From Spirochaetia bacterium (lineage in GTDB: Bacteria > Spirochaetota > Spirochaetia > DSM-27196 > Salinispiraceae): a stretch of 64,000 bases of DNA. A program made the translations under genes and the position numbers. Positions 21,087 through 31,489 of this stretch are shown in pieces. A model generated the notes under the pieces. That model was given only the letters and a program-made list of their open reading frames with translations. It was not told where the DNA came from and made no database searches. Within the stretch, counting starts at the first letter, position 1. Each line of letters opens with the position of its first letter. Where the stretch lies: contig JBBRCZ010000004.1 in NCBI GenBank assembly GCA_038204425.1, positions 1 through 64,000 on the forward strand, in the 5' to 3' direction.

Positions 21087-24000
21087 ATGTACCATCTACA
21101 CCAGTCAGACAATCTGGATACTCTTTTGCAAGACGGCTTGCCGATTATTAGGCCGCATTTTGACGATCAGCAGACGCTCTACGTGATCCAAAGTACCGTT
21201 ATGCAGCGTTGGTTTAAGTTTAGGCTGGCAAGTCTTAGCGGCGTAAGTGCCATACCGCCACTTTTGGTGCCTGACCAATCGATGCGCTTGTTGCTTTCCA
21301 AGATGGCGACCAAGCAGCCTGAGGCACTCTTTCTCGATGACCTGATTTTGGGTGTCCACCAAGAGTTACAAAAAATTGCGCGCCAGATTGGCAAGGCAGA
21401 TCAACAGGGGCAGCGTTTGGCTGCCATCTATGCCCCGGTGCTAAACTATTTAGGCTTTGAGAACCAAGCAGAACTTCAAAGGGACACCCAAGCTGGCCTA
21501 ATGTTTGACCTTGCCAATGAGCTTGCAGGGGTGCTTTTTAGCTACGCCCAAAACCCCGTCGACGACCAGTCTGGCAATGAGCTGCTGAAGCTTTGGTCAA
21601 CACCAGACCAGCCACACTACCTCTGTGACCGACTGGCCCAAATCAGCGGTCTGAGCACTGACAACGCCTTCTTGTCGCGTTTGCGCCAGCACGAAGTCTG
21701 GCAGGCCGACTTGTTTTTGAGGCTCTTCCCCGCCACTAGTGAGCACCATGGAATCCTGGGGCTTTTGATGCAACGTGCAATCTCGCAGCAATGGGTCTAC
21801 CATGGGCCTTACAAACGAGTAATTCTGTTTGGTTCGGCATTTTTGTCGCGGCGAGCCTTTGACTTTGTTCACTATTTGTCCAAGAGCCTCGACGTTTATC
21901 ATTTTCTTTTTAGACCTGGACTTGGTGCCCACCAAGACTCTCTATCCCATCAATGGTCGAGACTTGCTCGTGACTTGGATCACCAACTTTTGGCCAGCAT
22001 CAAAAAGCAAGAAACCGTTGTGCTGTCCAGCCATTCTCATGACCTTGTGACGTCCCTCAGTGCGCTCCAAACTGCATACAAAGACGCGAGTGACTTAGAA
22101 CGCGTGCGTCACTTGGTCAATCAGGACTCAGGCCAGGCAAACAACCTGCAACTGCTTGGGGATAATAGCTTTGTTGTTATAGAATCAAGCACGCCTTTTC
22201 GCCAAGTAGAAGGCTTGTTTCAACGTCTACTGGCCCGACTTGAGGATCAAGATCCAAGCAAAAAACTCGCACTAGAAGACATTTTGGTTATGGCACCCGA
22301 GATCCAAAGCTACCGTGCTGCCATAGAGGCAATCTTTGGCCCAGCGGGTCCACGACGAAGCGCCGCTCACGACCCGCAGACGCTGCACCTTGGCTGGAAC
22401 ATGGCAGATTTGGGATTTGGCGCTGCCTCACCTTGGCTCAAAGCCAGCCGAACTCTGTTTGATCTGGCCAACAGTCGCTGGGAAAGGTCCTTGCTTGGCG
22501 CTTTGATTGGCAATCCATGCTTTTATCGCAAGCATGGTTTTGCACCCGGCGACCAAGAAACTCTGCTGCGTTTTATAGAAAAAGCCAACATTAGATGGGG
22601 CTATGACGGCAAACAACGCAAGACACGCGGTGGTGGCGACAAACAAGAACAAACCTGGTTCTCGGCCTTTAGGCGCTTCTGCGAAGACTACCCCTACGCA
22701 CCATCAGAAGATCAAGGTAGCTTGTCAGGTTTTGACCAGAGCAAAGCCCAGTTGATAGGTAAGCTCTTTGCAATCCTCGACCAGATTTACACCGGGTTTG
22801 AAGACTTTAAGTCTCACCCTCGCACGCTCGACCAATGGGTAGACCAATGTTTGGCACTAATCGAACAAAACATCGCCATACTTGACGATGACGACAAACA
22901 TCACCAAAGTGCAGTGCTCAGCACTATGTTTCAACTCAAGCATCTTGTACGCAACAACGCCCTTGCCGACCCACAAGCCGAGCTCGACTGGTTTACATTT
23001 TGGCACTTTTTTAACGACCAGCTCGACCAAGTTGAAGGTGGTCTGGGACAAAGAATGGCAAGCGGCATAACCTTTAGTTCGGTCAAACCGTATCGAGCTG
23101 TACGATTTAAATTGATAGTTATGCTTGGCTGTAATGAGGCAGACTTTCCACGTCGCAATCAATGGCAGTCCTTTGACCTTGGCATTCTCGGCAACCTTTC
23201 GGTTTTGCCAGACTTTGCGCACGAAGAGGTCAATTTCGGCCATAGACCCTTGGGCGGCCGCCTTGCAGCCGAAGTTCAAGACAGTTGGGCCTGGCTTGAG
23301 ACCATATACTCGGCCGCACAAGCCTTGTGGTTGTACTATCAAGCAGTCGATCCCTACTCGGGCAAAAGCAAATTGGCCTCGCCATTTTTGACCAGTCTGC
23401 TTGATCTCTTGGACTCTGGTTCACGCGGCCGTATTGTCCAAAGCGACGGTCTGCACGGCTACGATCTGACAGCAAAAACTCGACCCGACAGTCTACGCAG
23501 TAGCCGCTTTATAGAAAGAGCCCGAGCTCTAGCTGGGCCAAGGCTGCCCGCTCTCACCCAGAGAGCACTTGCCATCAACGAACTCCAGCCTGGCCAAACA
23601 TTAATCAGTTTGAGCGACCTGAGCTCTGTATTTATGTATCCACTCGACGGCTTTGCTCGCTATCGTTTGCAGCTGAGCCTCAAGACCAAGCGCGATATTC
23701 TCTCCAATGACCAAGAAAATATGGCCCTCGATTTTTGGGATGGCCAAGCATGGCTCAAGAGTCTTATGCTTGAGTGCTTGATGCCAGGCAACAATAAAGT
23801 ACCCACGCTCCGCAGCTTTGACCAACATGACTTTATTGAGCGCAAGTTGGCGGCAGCCCATCGCTCGCAGGCGATCACAGCCTCATCCTTTGACTTTATT
23901 GCCGAGCAAGATTTGCAGCGCCAAGCAAGCATTTTGAGTGCCCGCATGGCCACCGTCGTTGCACAGCTAGGGCTCGGCCAGCTTGATCTCGTGCGGCTCG

Positions 24001-24692
24001 TACCCATTGAGCCATTGGGCCTTGTCAGTACAACTTTTTTGGTGGATGCCAGCTCAGCCATAGTCTTCCAAAACCCGCGTGGTGAGCGATTTCTTTTTAG
24101 CATGGTTAACAGGGACCTTAAAAACCCGTTGGCAAAAGATGGCACTTGTAATCTTGGCGCAGAAGATCTGCTTGGGCTTTACCTTCCGCTAGTGCTGCTT
24201 GATGCCTTGTGGCCAAGTGAGACGGTAAGTCAGCATATTCTGGTCTCGGCCAAGGTCGATAGCTACAAAGATTACTATCGTGTCAGTTCATCCGAGCAAA
24301 GTAAGCAGCTAAAATCAAACCTAGAAGAGGCGCTTGTCAAACTGCTTAGTGAGCCGCAGGCCATCTACTTAGACTTTTTGGACAAAAAAGACCACAGCAT
24401 CCGCTGGCAAGACTGGTGGCAGCTAGCCTTGGACGAGCAAGTTTTTATCCCTGGTGGACTGAGCAAACTCAAACCAAAAAGCAGTAAGCCGGCTAGCTGT
24501 GCTTGGCTGCCACTTTTTTTCCCCGATGGCACTCCCCAACCAAGCGCCATCTTTGATGATCTTGTTGGCAACTTTTATGCCAAGGTGCTAGAGATGGCAC
24601 GCGAAGCCCTAGTGGCCAGCGCTAAAGAACCAAGTAACACTAAACAGAGCAACGCTGAACAGCAAGCCAGTCAGGACGGTGAGCAAACATGA
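21087..24692 (+). CDS. recC: Exodeoxyribonuclease V gamma subunit RecC (divergent)
   Basis: N-terminal SDNLD.L, WQADLF, RQVE.L, DILVMAPEI..Y...IEAIFG, NIRWG, IVMLG.NE.DFPR; ATGA overlap with recB. Confidence 0.85.
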   Translation: MYHLHQSDNLDTLLQDGLPIIRPHFDDQQTLYVIQSTVMQRWFKFRLASLSGVSAIPPLLVPDQSMRLLLSKMATKQPEALFLDDLILGVHQELQKIARQIGKADQQGQRLAAIYAPVLNYLGFENQAELQRDTQAGLMFDLANELAGVLFSYAQNPVDDQSGNELLKLWSTPDQPHYLCDRLAQISGLSTDNAFLSRLRQHEVWQADLFLRLFPATSEHHGILGLLMQRAISQQWVYHGPYKRVILFGSAFLSRRAFDFVHYLSKSLDVYHFLFRPGLGAHQDSLSHQWSRLARDLDHQLLASIKKQETVVLSSHSHDLVTSLSALQTAYKDASDLERVRHLVNQDSGQANNLQLLGDNSFVVIESSTPFRQVEGLFQRLLARLEDQDPSKKLALEDILVMAPEIQSYRAAIEAIFGPAGPRRSAAHDPQTLHLGWNMADLGFGAASPWLKASRTLFDLANSRWERSLLGALIGNPCFYRKHGFAPGDQETLLRFIEKANIRWGYDGKQRKTRGGGDKQEQTWFSAFRRFCEDYPYAPSEDQGSLSGFDQSKAQLIGKLFAILDQIYTGFEDFKSHPRTLDQWVDQCLALIEQNIAILDDDDKHHQSAVLSTMFQLKHLVRNNALADPQAELDWFTFWHFFNDQLDQVEGGLGQRMASGITFSSVKPYRAVRFKLIVMLGCNEADFPRRNQWQSFDLGILGNLSVLPDFAHEEVNFGHRPLGGRLAAEVQDSWAWLETIYSAAQALWLYYQAVDPYSGKSKLASPFLTSLLDLLDSGSRGRIVQSDGLHGYDLTAKTRPDSLRSSRFIERARALAGPRLPALTQRALAINELQPGQTLISLSDLSSVFMYPLDGFARYRLQLSLKTKRDILSNDQENMALDFWDGQAWLKSLMLECLMPGNNKVPTLRSFDQHDFIERKLAAAHRSQAITASSFDFIAEQDLQRQASILSARMATVVAQLGLGQLDLVRLVPIEPLGLVSTTFLVDASSAIVFQNPRGERFLFSMVNRDLKNPLAKDGTCNLGAEDLLGLYLPLVLLDALWPSETVSQHILVSAKVDSYKDYYRVSSSEQSKQLKSNLEEALVKLLSEPQAIYLDFLDKKDHSIRWQDWWQLALDEQVFIPGGLSKLKPKSSKPASCAWLPLFFPDGTPQPSAIFDDLVGNFYAKVLEMAREALVASAKEPSNTKQSNAEQQASQDGEQT

Positions 24693-27600
24693 AGCACCAC
24701 AGCAGTCTACTGATAGAAGCCTCAGCCGGAACCGGTAAGACTTGGACCATAGAACGCCGAGTTTTGGCGCTTGTAGCACGTCAACAAAGTCCACTGAGTC
24801 TGCGCCAAATTTTGTTGGTAACCTTTACCGATGCAGCCACGCTAGAACTGCGAGAACGTATTAGGGCCATACTGGTTAAGGTTCTTGCCAATAACGAGCA
24901 AAGTCTGGCAATTCTCGCCGAAGCCGGACTCATTTTTGCCAGCCAAGATGAGCTTGCTGTCATGCTAAGCCGGCTCAAAACCCAGCTGCAGGACTTCTCG
25001 AGCACACCGATATTTACCATTCATGGGTTTTGCACGCTTATTCTGGCTCGCTACGCCATGGAGCTTGGACTTCCATCTCGACAGGTTATAGACAATCGCT
25101 ATCGCCAGACAGCTTCTAAGGATTTTTTGCGCGAGACATTGGTCAGCAGTGAGACCTGGCAGCTTGGCGGTCTTGTCTTTGAGACTGATGCGCGCAAACT
25201 TGCTATACGCAATCTACTCACGGTTTTTGGCAACGCGCAAACCCACCCCGGTGCCGACGACTTTGCCGACGTACTTGCCCAGATTGGTTTGCAAGGTATC
25301 CTTGACGTTAGCCTCTACGCCTACCCTTGGGACGAGCTCAAAGAACTCTGGCTTGATGTTTTTGTGCCACATGCGGCCTCAATTCTTGCACATCAGTCAG
25401 ACCAACTTGAGGTGGAAAGCGTCGAAATACACGCCTTTTTTGACGATTTCCATAGTCAAACCCGCCAGCTTGGCAAGCTTAGTCTCAACGACCAGTTTCG
25501 TGGCAAACGCGACCAAGGATTTGGCAAAATAGTGGCAGCTAACTTGCTCAAATTTGCAGCCAAGACCTCGGCTTTTGTACTAGCAAAGTGCCTGCACGAT
25601 AGCTTTGAACACTGGCTACTTAGCCGCAAGGAACTGGCCGGCACCTTTAATTTTGACGACCTCATCAAAAAACTGGCCAACTTGCTCAATCTTAAACAGG
25701 GTCAAAATCTACTAAGCAATTTACGTCACGACTATCGTGCAATTTTGATAGACGAGTTTCAGGACACCGATCCGCGTCAATGGTCAATTTTTTCAAAGTT
25801 CCTCAATCACAGTAGCTTGACGGCAGTCGGTGACCCCAAACAGGCGATCTACGCCTTCCGAGGGGCTGATATCGGCACCTATTTTAACAGTCGCGCCAGC
25901 TTTGACCAACAGTCGAGTTTGGACAGCAACTACCGCAGCAACCCAGCTATGCTCGAGCACCTCAATCGTCTGGCTAGTCGTTGGTTTACTTTGGCAGCCA
26001 GTCGATACGACTCGCCCAGCTCGACTTACTGCGAGCTTACGTCTGGCTTAGTGGCAGATGAGGTAGCAGTTCTGCGTGACGCTAGCGGCAACGTACTACC
26101 GTGCTTTGGTGTACTTCCCCTCAGTGTTGATGGACATATGCAGGCCAATAACGCTGACGACGGCCTGCCAGTGTTGAGACAGCGCGCCTACAAAAACTGT
26201 GTAAAAAGTATTGCCGGACTGGTAAAATCGGCCTATCTGGGTATTAGTGCCCAAAGCATGCGCAAAGTCGAGGCCAACGACATCGCAATTTTGGTAGAAT
26301 CCTATAAGGACGCCTACCGCCTACGTGACAACTTACAAGAAGCCGGGATTTCCGCAAGTATCCAAGGTCGCGGTGACTTACGCAGCTGTCAAGAAGCTGA
26401 TGAGCTACTCTTATTTTGTCGCGCCTTGCAAGACCCAAGTGATGCGTCGGCCGTCCGGGCCTTTTTGTTGACGCGCTTGGGTGGACTGAGACAAGAAGAT
26501 TTGCTTGCCTACTGCCAAGGTCCAAGCTACACCAGTTTGGCCGCACAATTACAGGTCTGGAAGAGCGAAGTCCCCAAGAGCGGCTTTTTGGCAGTTTTTG
26601 CCCAGCTGCAACGTGGACAGCATTTAAGCGCCTTGTATGACGACACTTTAGCATGCGATTTGTGGCGCAGACTTTTTACTTGCTACGGCGACAGAGCCCT
26701 GCGAAGCTACGCAAACTATCAACATTTGGCCGACCTGCTACAGAATCATTGCGACGAGCAGGCTGGCGACGGCCAGCGGATTGCTTGGATTTTTGCTGAC
26801 TTGCTTGAAAGCATGAGTCTTGGTGAGCAAAGTCCATTGCGGCGCGAACGACAGGACGGCGCCGTTAGAATAATGACGCAGCACAGTGCCAAAGGTCTCG
26901 AGTTTGAAATTGTCTACGCTATGATCGGATTGGCTGCAACCAAGGATTTGGGCTCATGGAACAGTTGGGAGGACAGCCACGGCGACAAAACAGTGCGGAG
27001 TTTGGCACCCAAGCTCGGCTATTCCGATAGCCACTTAGAAGCAAAGGTTTGGAACAACAAGGCTCTGGAAAAACTGCGCCTCTATTATGTGGCCATTACT
27101 CGCGCCAAGTCAGGCTTGATTGTGCCCTATCTTGCCCAAGTTACACTAAAAAATAAGGCGCCGATGTGGCTACATGAGTGGTGCCAAGCACAACCGGGCC
27201 AGCATCGCCAAAGCGCCTTGCTCTACCAAGATCCTGCCTTGTTTAATGCAAACGATGACCTCGTCGCCTTTTCTGTGCAAGCATTTGAACTTGATGCAAT
27301 CCAAAGGCCTGATAGCCAGGCTCAAACACAAAATGCAACGCAAACTTTGGTTGCTGCAAACCAGATTGAGCTGCCGCCAGCGTGCCGCCTGCGTGATGCC
27401 GACTTACGTGCCGAAGAACTGTGTAGCTTTACCTCGCTACAAAAAAGACGTTTGGGCTTTGCCCAAGGCAGCTGGGACCCTTCCCTCAAGGACCACGATG
27501 CCCCAGTACAAAGCGAACTTGCACAGCCAAATCAACTGCCACGTGGCACAGCCTTTGGTACGCTTTTTCACGAACTCGTTGCGGCGATGGACCTTGACCT

Positions 27601-28246
27601 ATTTTTGCAAGCTTGGGACCACGATCAATCTTTTTTAAAGGCTGATCCAAGCATAGCCCAAGTTTTGGCCAGACAACTAACAGCTTCTGGTCTCGGCACC
27701 CATGCCGCCTTGCGCCTCAACGATGGCCCAATCCGCTCGCATATCTTGTGCCAGATGCTGTATGGTGCACTAAACGCCGAGCAACTGGGCTTGGTAAAGT
27801 CCAAAAAACGACTATGCGAGCTTGAGTTTATGGCACGCATTGACCAAGCGCAGCGACCAGCTATGCTAGACAATGTAGAACTTAGTGAAGGCTTTCTGAC
27901 AGGATCAATAGACATGGTCTATCAGTCAGAAGACGGTGCGTGGAACATAATCGACTGGAAGACCAACTTTTTGACTGGCGATGCCCAAGAGATGCAGAAC
28001 GAGTGTCAGACCATAATGCAGCACTCCAACTACCACATGCAGGGGCTGATCTATCAATCTATTCTTAAACTTTTGCTAGAAGCCGAGGGCAAAGAGGCCA
28101 AGCTCGGTTCGGTCTACTATGTCTTTGTACGAGGCAGTCTTAGCTGCAGCGACAGTCGGGCTTGGATAGTCGACCTTGGCCAACAACTGCAAGCCAAAGT
28201 GGAACAATTTATTGCTCAAACTGGCCTCAAACTGGCCTCAAACTAA
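24689..28246 (+). CDS. recB: Exodeoxyribonuclease V beta subunit RecB
   Basis: LIEASAGTGKT, IDEFQDTD, VGDPKQAIYAFRGAD, NYRS, H.AKGLEF, YVAITRA; nuclease motifs GSIDMV and IDWKTN. Confidence 0.93.
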   Translation: MKHHSSLLIEASAGTGKTWTIERRVLALVARQQSPLSLRQILLVTFTDAATLELRERIRAILVKVLANNEQSLAILAEAGLIFASQDELAVMLSRLKTQLQDFSSTPIFTIHGFCTLILARYAMELGLPSRQVIDNRYRQTASKDFLRETLVSSETWQLGGLVFETDARKLAIRNLLTVFGNAQTHPGADDFADVLAQIGLQGILDVSLYAYPWDELKELWLDVFVPHAASILAHQSDQLEVESVEIHAFFDDFHSQTRQLGKLSLNDQFRGKRDQGFGKIVAANLLKFAAKTSAFVLAKCLHDSFEHWLLSRKELAGTFNFDDLIKKLANLLNLKQGQNLLSNLRHDYRAILIDEFQDTDPRQWSIFSKFLNHSSLTAVGDPKQAIYAFRGADIGTYFNSRASFDQQSSLDSNYRSNPAMLEHLNRLASRWFTLAASRYDSPSSTYCELTSGLVADEVAVLRDASGNVLPCFGVLPLSVDGHMQANNADDGLPVLRQRAYKNCVKSIAGLVKSAYLGISAQSMRKVEANDIAILVESYKDAYRLRDNLQEAGISASIQGRGDLRSCQEADELLLFCRALQDPSDASAVRAFLLTRLGGLRQEDLLAYCQGPSYTSLAAQLQVWKSEVPKSGFLAVFAQLQRGQHLSALYDDTLACDLWRRLFTCYGDRALRSYANYQHLADLLQNHCDEQAGDGQRIAWIFADLLESMSLGEQSPLRRERQDGAVRIMTQHSAKGLEFEIVYAMIGLAATKDLGSWNSWEDSHGDKTVRSLAPKLGYSDSHLEAKVWNNKALEKLRLYYVAITRAKSGLIVPYLAQVTLKNKAPMWLHEWCQAQPGQHRQSALLYQDPALFNANDDLVAFSVQAFELDAIQRPDSQAQTQNATQTLVAANQIELPPACRLRDADLRAEELCSFTSLQKRRLGFAQGSWDPSLKDHDAPVQSELAQPNQLPRGTAFGTLFHELVAAMDLDLFLQAWDHDQSFLKADPSIAQVLARQLTASGLGTHAALRLNDGPIRSHILCQMLYGALNAEQLGLVKSKKRLCELEFMARIDQAQRPAMLDNVELSEGFLTGSIDMVYQSEDGAWNIIDWKTNFLTGDAQEMQNECQTIMQHSNYHMQGLIYQSILKLLLEAEGKEAKLGSVYYVFVRGSLSCSDSRAWIVDLGQQLQAKVEQFIAQTGLKLASN
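28215..28244 (+). repeat. 11-bp tandem repeat CTCAAACTGGC x2 plus partial CTCAAACT
   Basis: Read directly at the recB 3' end. Confidence 0.95.
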
Positions 28247-28259
28247 GGGGAGCGCACGC

Positions 28260-30197
28260 ATGAAATTGTTAGCACCGAACCCGCTCAAGCCTGACTTATG
28301 GTCGTTGTGCCAGTGCCTTGGAATCGCCTACCATCAACTTGGGGCGGCCCTATCCTGCCTGTCGGTACCGCTTGGTGTCCAAAAAAACCTACCACTTGGC
28401 TACGACAGTGCGCGCGCCTTGGAGCACTTCGATAGCATTCTGGCCATCAGTTTTATCTTCGCGTGCCAAGAAGAAGGCCATGTTTGTATCCCGCTTGCAA
28501 ATTTCTATCTACTTTGGCAGAAAGCACTTGATAAAGCACAAATGCAGTCACCTGATGTGCAACTCCGAGCGCCCAGCCTAGTGCCAGATTGTTTTGACAC
28601 AGCCGCTATGCGTCAGATTTGCCAGCAACTTAGCTACCAAGAGTTGTGTTTGCATTGGGCAGATACTTCCGCCCAAAATAGCGCCATCTCAGCTGGCCAA
28701 AAACCCTTGCTGCTGGTTACCGATAGAGCAGGCCAAGTTTGGTGCCACAGCCATGCCAGTTTTGTATTTGAAACTCGCGTGGTTAAGCGCATCCGCCGCC
28801 TATTGGAGCTCAACCGTTTGGGCAAAAATCGCCCCTCATCTGCCGGTGGCAATAATGAAGTAGTGCTCAAACACGCCTCGCACTTGGACAATGACCAACT
28901 GCAGGCTTGCCAGAGCTTTGGCCGCCAACACTTTGCACTTTTGACAGGTGGACCTGGCACGGGCAAAACTAGCACTGCGTTCTTTATGCTATGGAACTGG
29001 TGGCAGAGTTTTGTTGCCCACAACGGACGCCAGCCACATATCAAGCTCAGCGCACCTACTGGCCGAGCTGCCGCCCGTTTGGCCGAGAGTCTTGCCAAAG
29101 CCCGTGCAAGCATCCACGAGCGCAACGACGACGGCTTTCTTGCCTGGATAGATCAAGAAAAGCCAGTCACCGTGCACAGCTTGCTTTACGGAGCACAGCA
29201 ACGGGCCCAGCCGCTGGCTCAGATTGACCTCTTGCTGATCGATGAAGCCTCCATGCTCGCCCTATCGTTGATGGCCAAAGTACTTGATGTTTTGCCAGAC
29301 AGTGGGGGACTGCTACTTTTGGGTGACCCCGACCAACTTCCATCTATAGACGCAGGTGCCATAGTTGCCGACCTTGCTGGCCAAGAGACACACACCAAAC
29401 CAAGCTCAGCTGCAGCTAACGACTTTATTCATCGCCTAAGCATCTGCCACCGCTCCAATCAAAGCATTAGCGACGCAGCTGCTCAGATCCGGTCAGGTGT
29501 GATACCTGACTTGCCACTTTGGGACCCAGACAATCATCTAAGCCCAGGCGTTTTTTTGGCACGACCCGATTCCAACCTATTAAGCAAGACCTTTTGCTCA
29601 GCGTTGGGTTCTATCCAAGACCAGACAAGCCGCCTTGCAAGCCCAGCAGAACTCTTGGCCCGCTATGGGCAGGTGGCAATCTTGAGTCCACAAAAAGAAG
29701 GACCATTGGGAACTAAGACGCTCAATCGCAGCATAATCAGAAACTTAAAGCTGACAAACGACGATGGTTACAATGATGTCAGCCCTTGTGTCGGTCTGTC
29801 TGTGCTCATCAAGAAAAACAATCCACGTTGGAATCTTTCTAATGGCGATCGAGGTGTTCTGGCCAAGTCAAGCAGCAACGAGCTTTGCTTCTTTGCCAAC
29901 TCTGGCCAGGACCAGGGTATTCCAGTCTCACTTTTGGACGAATGGGAAGCTGGTTTTGCCATGACGGTGCACAAGAGTCAGGGTTCGGAGTACCCATTGA
30001 TCTTGTTGGCCGTTCCAGACACCGCTGCCAATTGGGCCAGTCGTGAGCTTTTGTACACAGCTTTAACACGCGCCTCGCGCCAAGTCGTTATTTTTTCTGA
30101 TCAGGCCACCTTGCAGGCGATTGTCAATCGAAGAACGCAACGATTCTCGCTTTTGAGCCAAGCTCTCTTGGCCGACCAAAGCGACCAGACCAGTTAG
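28260..30197 (+). CDS. recD: Exodeoxyribonuclease V alpha subunit RecD
   Basis: GGPGTGKT, APTGRAA, IDEASM, GDPDQLPS, TVHKSQGSEY, LYTALTRA. Start at ATG 28260 after GGGGAG (ORF track gives 28176). Confidence 0.92.
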   Translation: MKLLAPNPLKPDLWSLCQCLGIAYHQLGAALSCLSVPLGVQKNLPLGYDSARALEHFDSILAISFIFACQEEGHVCIPLANFYLLWQKALDKAQMQSPDVQLRAPSLVPDCFDTAAMRQICQQLSYQELCLHWADTSAQNSAISAGQKPLLLVTDRAGQVWCHSHASFVFETRVVKRIRRLLELNRLGKNRPSSAGGNNEVVLKHASHLDNDQLQACQSFGRQHFALLTGGPGTGKTSTAFFMLWNWWQSFVAHNGRQPHIKLSAPTGRAAARLAESLAKARASIHERNDDGFLAWIDQEKPVTVHSLLYGAQQRAQPLAQIDLLLIDEASMLALSLMAKVLDVLPDSGGLLLLGDPDQLPSIDAGAIVADLAGQETHTKPSSAAANDFIHRLSICHRSNQSISDAAAQIRSGVIPDLPLWDPDNHLSPGVFLARPDSNLLSKTFCSALGSIQDQTSRLASPAELLARYGQVAILSPQKEGPLGTKTLNRSIIRNLKLTNDDGYNDVSPCVGLSVLIKKNNPRWNLSNGDRGVLAKSSSNELCFFANSGQDQGIPVSLLDEWEAGFAMTVHKSQGSEYPLILLAVPDTAANWASRELLYTALTRASRQVVIFSDQATLQAIVNRRTQRFSLLSQALLADQSDQTS

Positions 30198-30241
30198 CCT
30201 GACAAGTTAACCTGACCCGCATGCCTGACCCGTTGGTCTCA

Positions 30242-31144
30242 TTAAACCGATTTAACGCTAAACTTTGCCAGACCCAGGTTGTGGCAAATCTCGAGACTAG
30301 AACGGCTATTGTTGAGCGTGTAAAGATGTACACCTGCTACCTTATAGTTGAGCAAGTCGCTTATCTGTTCAGTTGCGTACTGTATACCAACTTTAGTCAC
30401 ACCCTCGTCGTCGTCTGCCCGAGCAATTGACTTGAGTAGCCGAACGGGAAAGCGAACCCCAGCCGCCAAGTCGGCCATGCGTGCCATGCCAGCGCGCGTA
30501 CTTACCGGCATAATGCCTGCAATAATTGGTACTTTGATTCCGGCCATTTCGCAGCGCTCACGGAAGTCGTAGAAGTCGCGATTGTCAAAAAAAAGCTGCG
30601 TTACAATATAGTCTGCACCTGCGTCTACCTTGGCTTTGAGAAAATCAATTTCCTTGAGTCTGTTGGGCATGCCCGGATGACCCTCAGCAAATCCTGCCAC
30701 ACCGACGCCAAAATGTTGCTTCTTTTTTTTGATAAACGACACAAGATCAGCGGCATAAGAAAAGTCAGACCGACCTGAGCTGCCCTGTTTGAGTTCTGCT
30801 GGCACATCGCCTTTGAGCGCAAGTATGTTGCAAATTCCTTCTTGGTCGTAGGCATCGAGAATGGCCTCAACTTCATTAGCTACGCTACCTTCGCAAGTCA
30901 AGTGAGCGGCCACCGTCAAGCCAGTTTGGCGGCTGATTCTGGACACTAAATTATGGGTATTTTCGCGCGTTGTACCACCAGCACCATAAGTAACACTAAC
31001 ATAGGCCGGATTAAGTTCTACCAGTTGAGAAATAGTCTCGTAAAGTGTCTGCCAACCTTTTTCTGTTTTGGGAGGAAAAAACTCAAAGCTAAACGGAATC
31101 TTTCGCTCTTCGGTGCAGCTACTGAGAATATCGCGAACCAGCAT
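30242..31144 (-). CDS. metF: 5,10-methylenetetrahydrofolate reductase
   Basis: SFEFFPPK, SVTYGAGG, AHLTC, KVDAGADYIVTQLFFD, HLYTLN. Confidence 0.96.
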   Translation of the reverse strand: MLVRDILSSCTEERKIPFSFEFFPPKTEKGWQTLYETISQLVELNPAYVSVTYGAGGTTRENTHNLVSRISRQTGLTVAAHLTCEGSVANEVEAILDAYDQEGICNILALKGDVPAELKQGSSGRSDFSYAADLVSFIKKKKQHFGVGVAGFAEGHPGMPNRLKEIDFLKAKVDAGADYIVTQLFFDNRDFYDFRERCEMAGIKVPIIAGIMPVSTRAGMARMADLAAGVRFPVRLLKSIARADDDEGVTKVGIQYATEQISDLLNYKVAGVHLYTLNNSRSSLEICHNLGLAKFSVKSV

Positions 31145-31261
31145 GGCGTCCCCCCTTTTTTGTATATCGTTACTTCACGATTGATTGATATTCTACAAAA
31201 AAAGTGGCATACACTGCAAGTGCGGTTGATGGCAGATTATGGAACAGATGCTGGCATAAGC

Positions 31262-31290
31262 TGTGGATAACTTGGTATTTTTGTGGATAA
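31262..31290. promoter_or_regulatory. Two perfect DnaA boxes in tandem
   Basis: TGTGGATAA (reverse complement TTATCCACA) at 31262..31270 and 31282..31290, intergenic. Confidence 0.65.
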
Positions 31291-31489
31291 GTGCTGCCAA
31301 AGACCAAGATACACCCCAATTTGGCCGTTATTCTGTCTACCCGCGCCGATGCCCGTCAAAAAACTTGTCTTCTTTTGGACAAAATGTTCGCAAGCGTGCT
31401 AAAGTAAATTAGCATTATCTCACGTGCACCTTTGATTGATCCGATGATGTAAAAAGAGTCTATGTTTTTAGTGGCAGCAAGGAAAATCT

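Noticed and set aside
31145..31489. oriC or SAM riboswitch upstream of metF
   Set aside because: Only two DnaA boxes, with no dnaA/dnaN or clear unwinding element; no SAM-I/II core motifs recognised.
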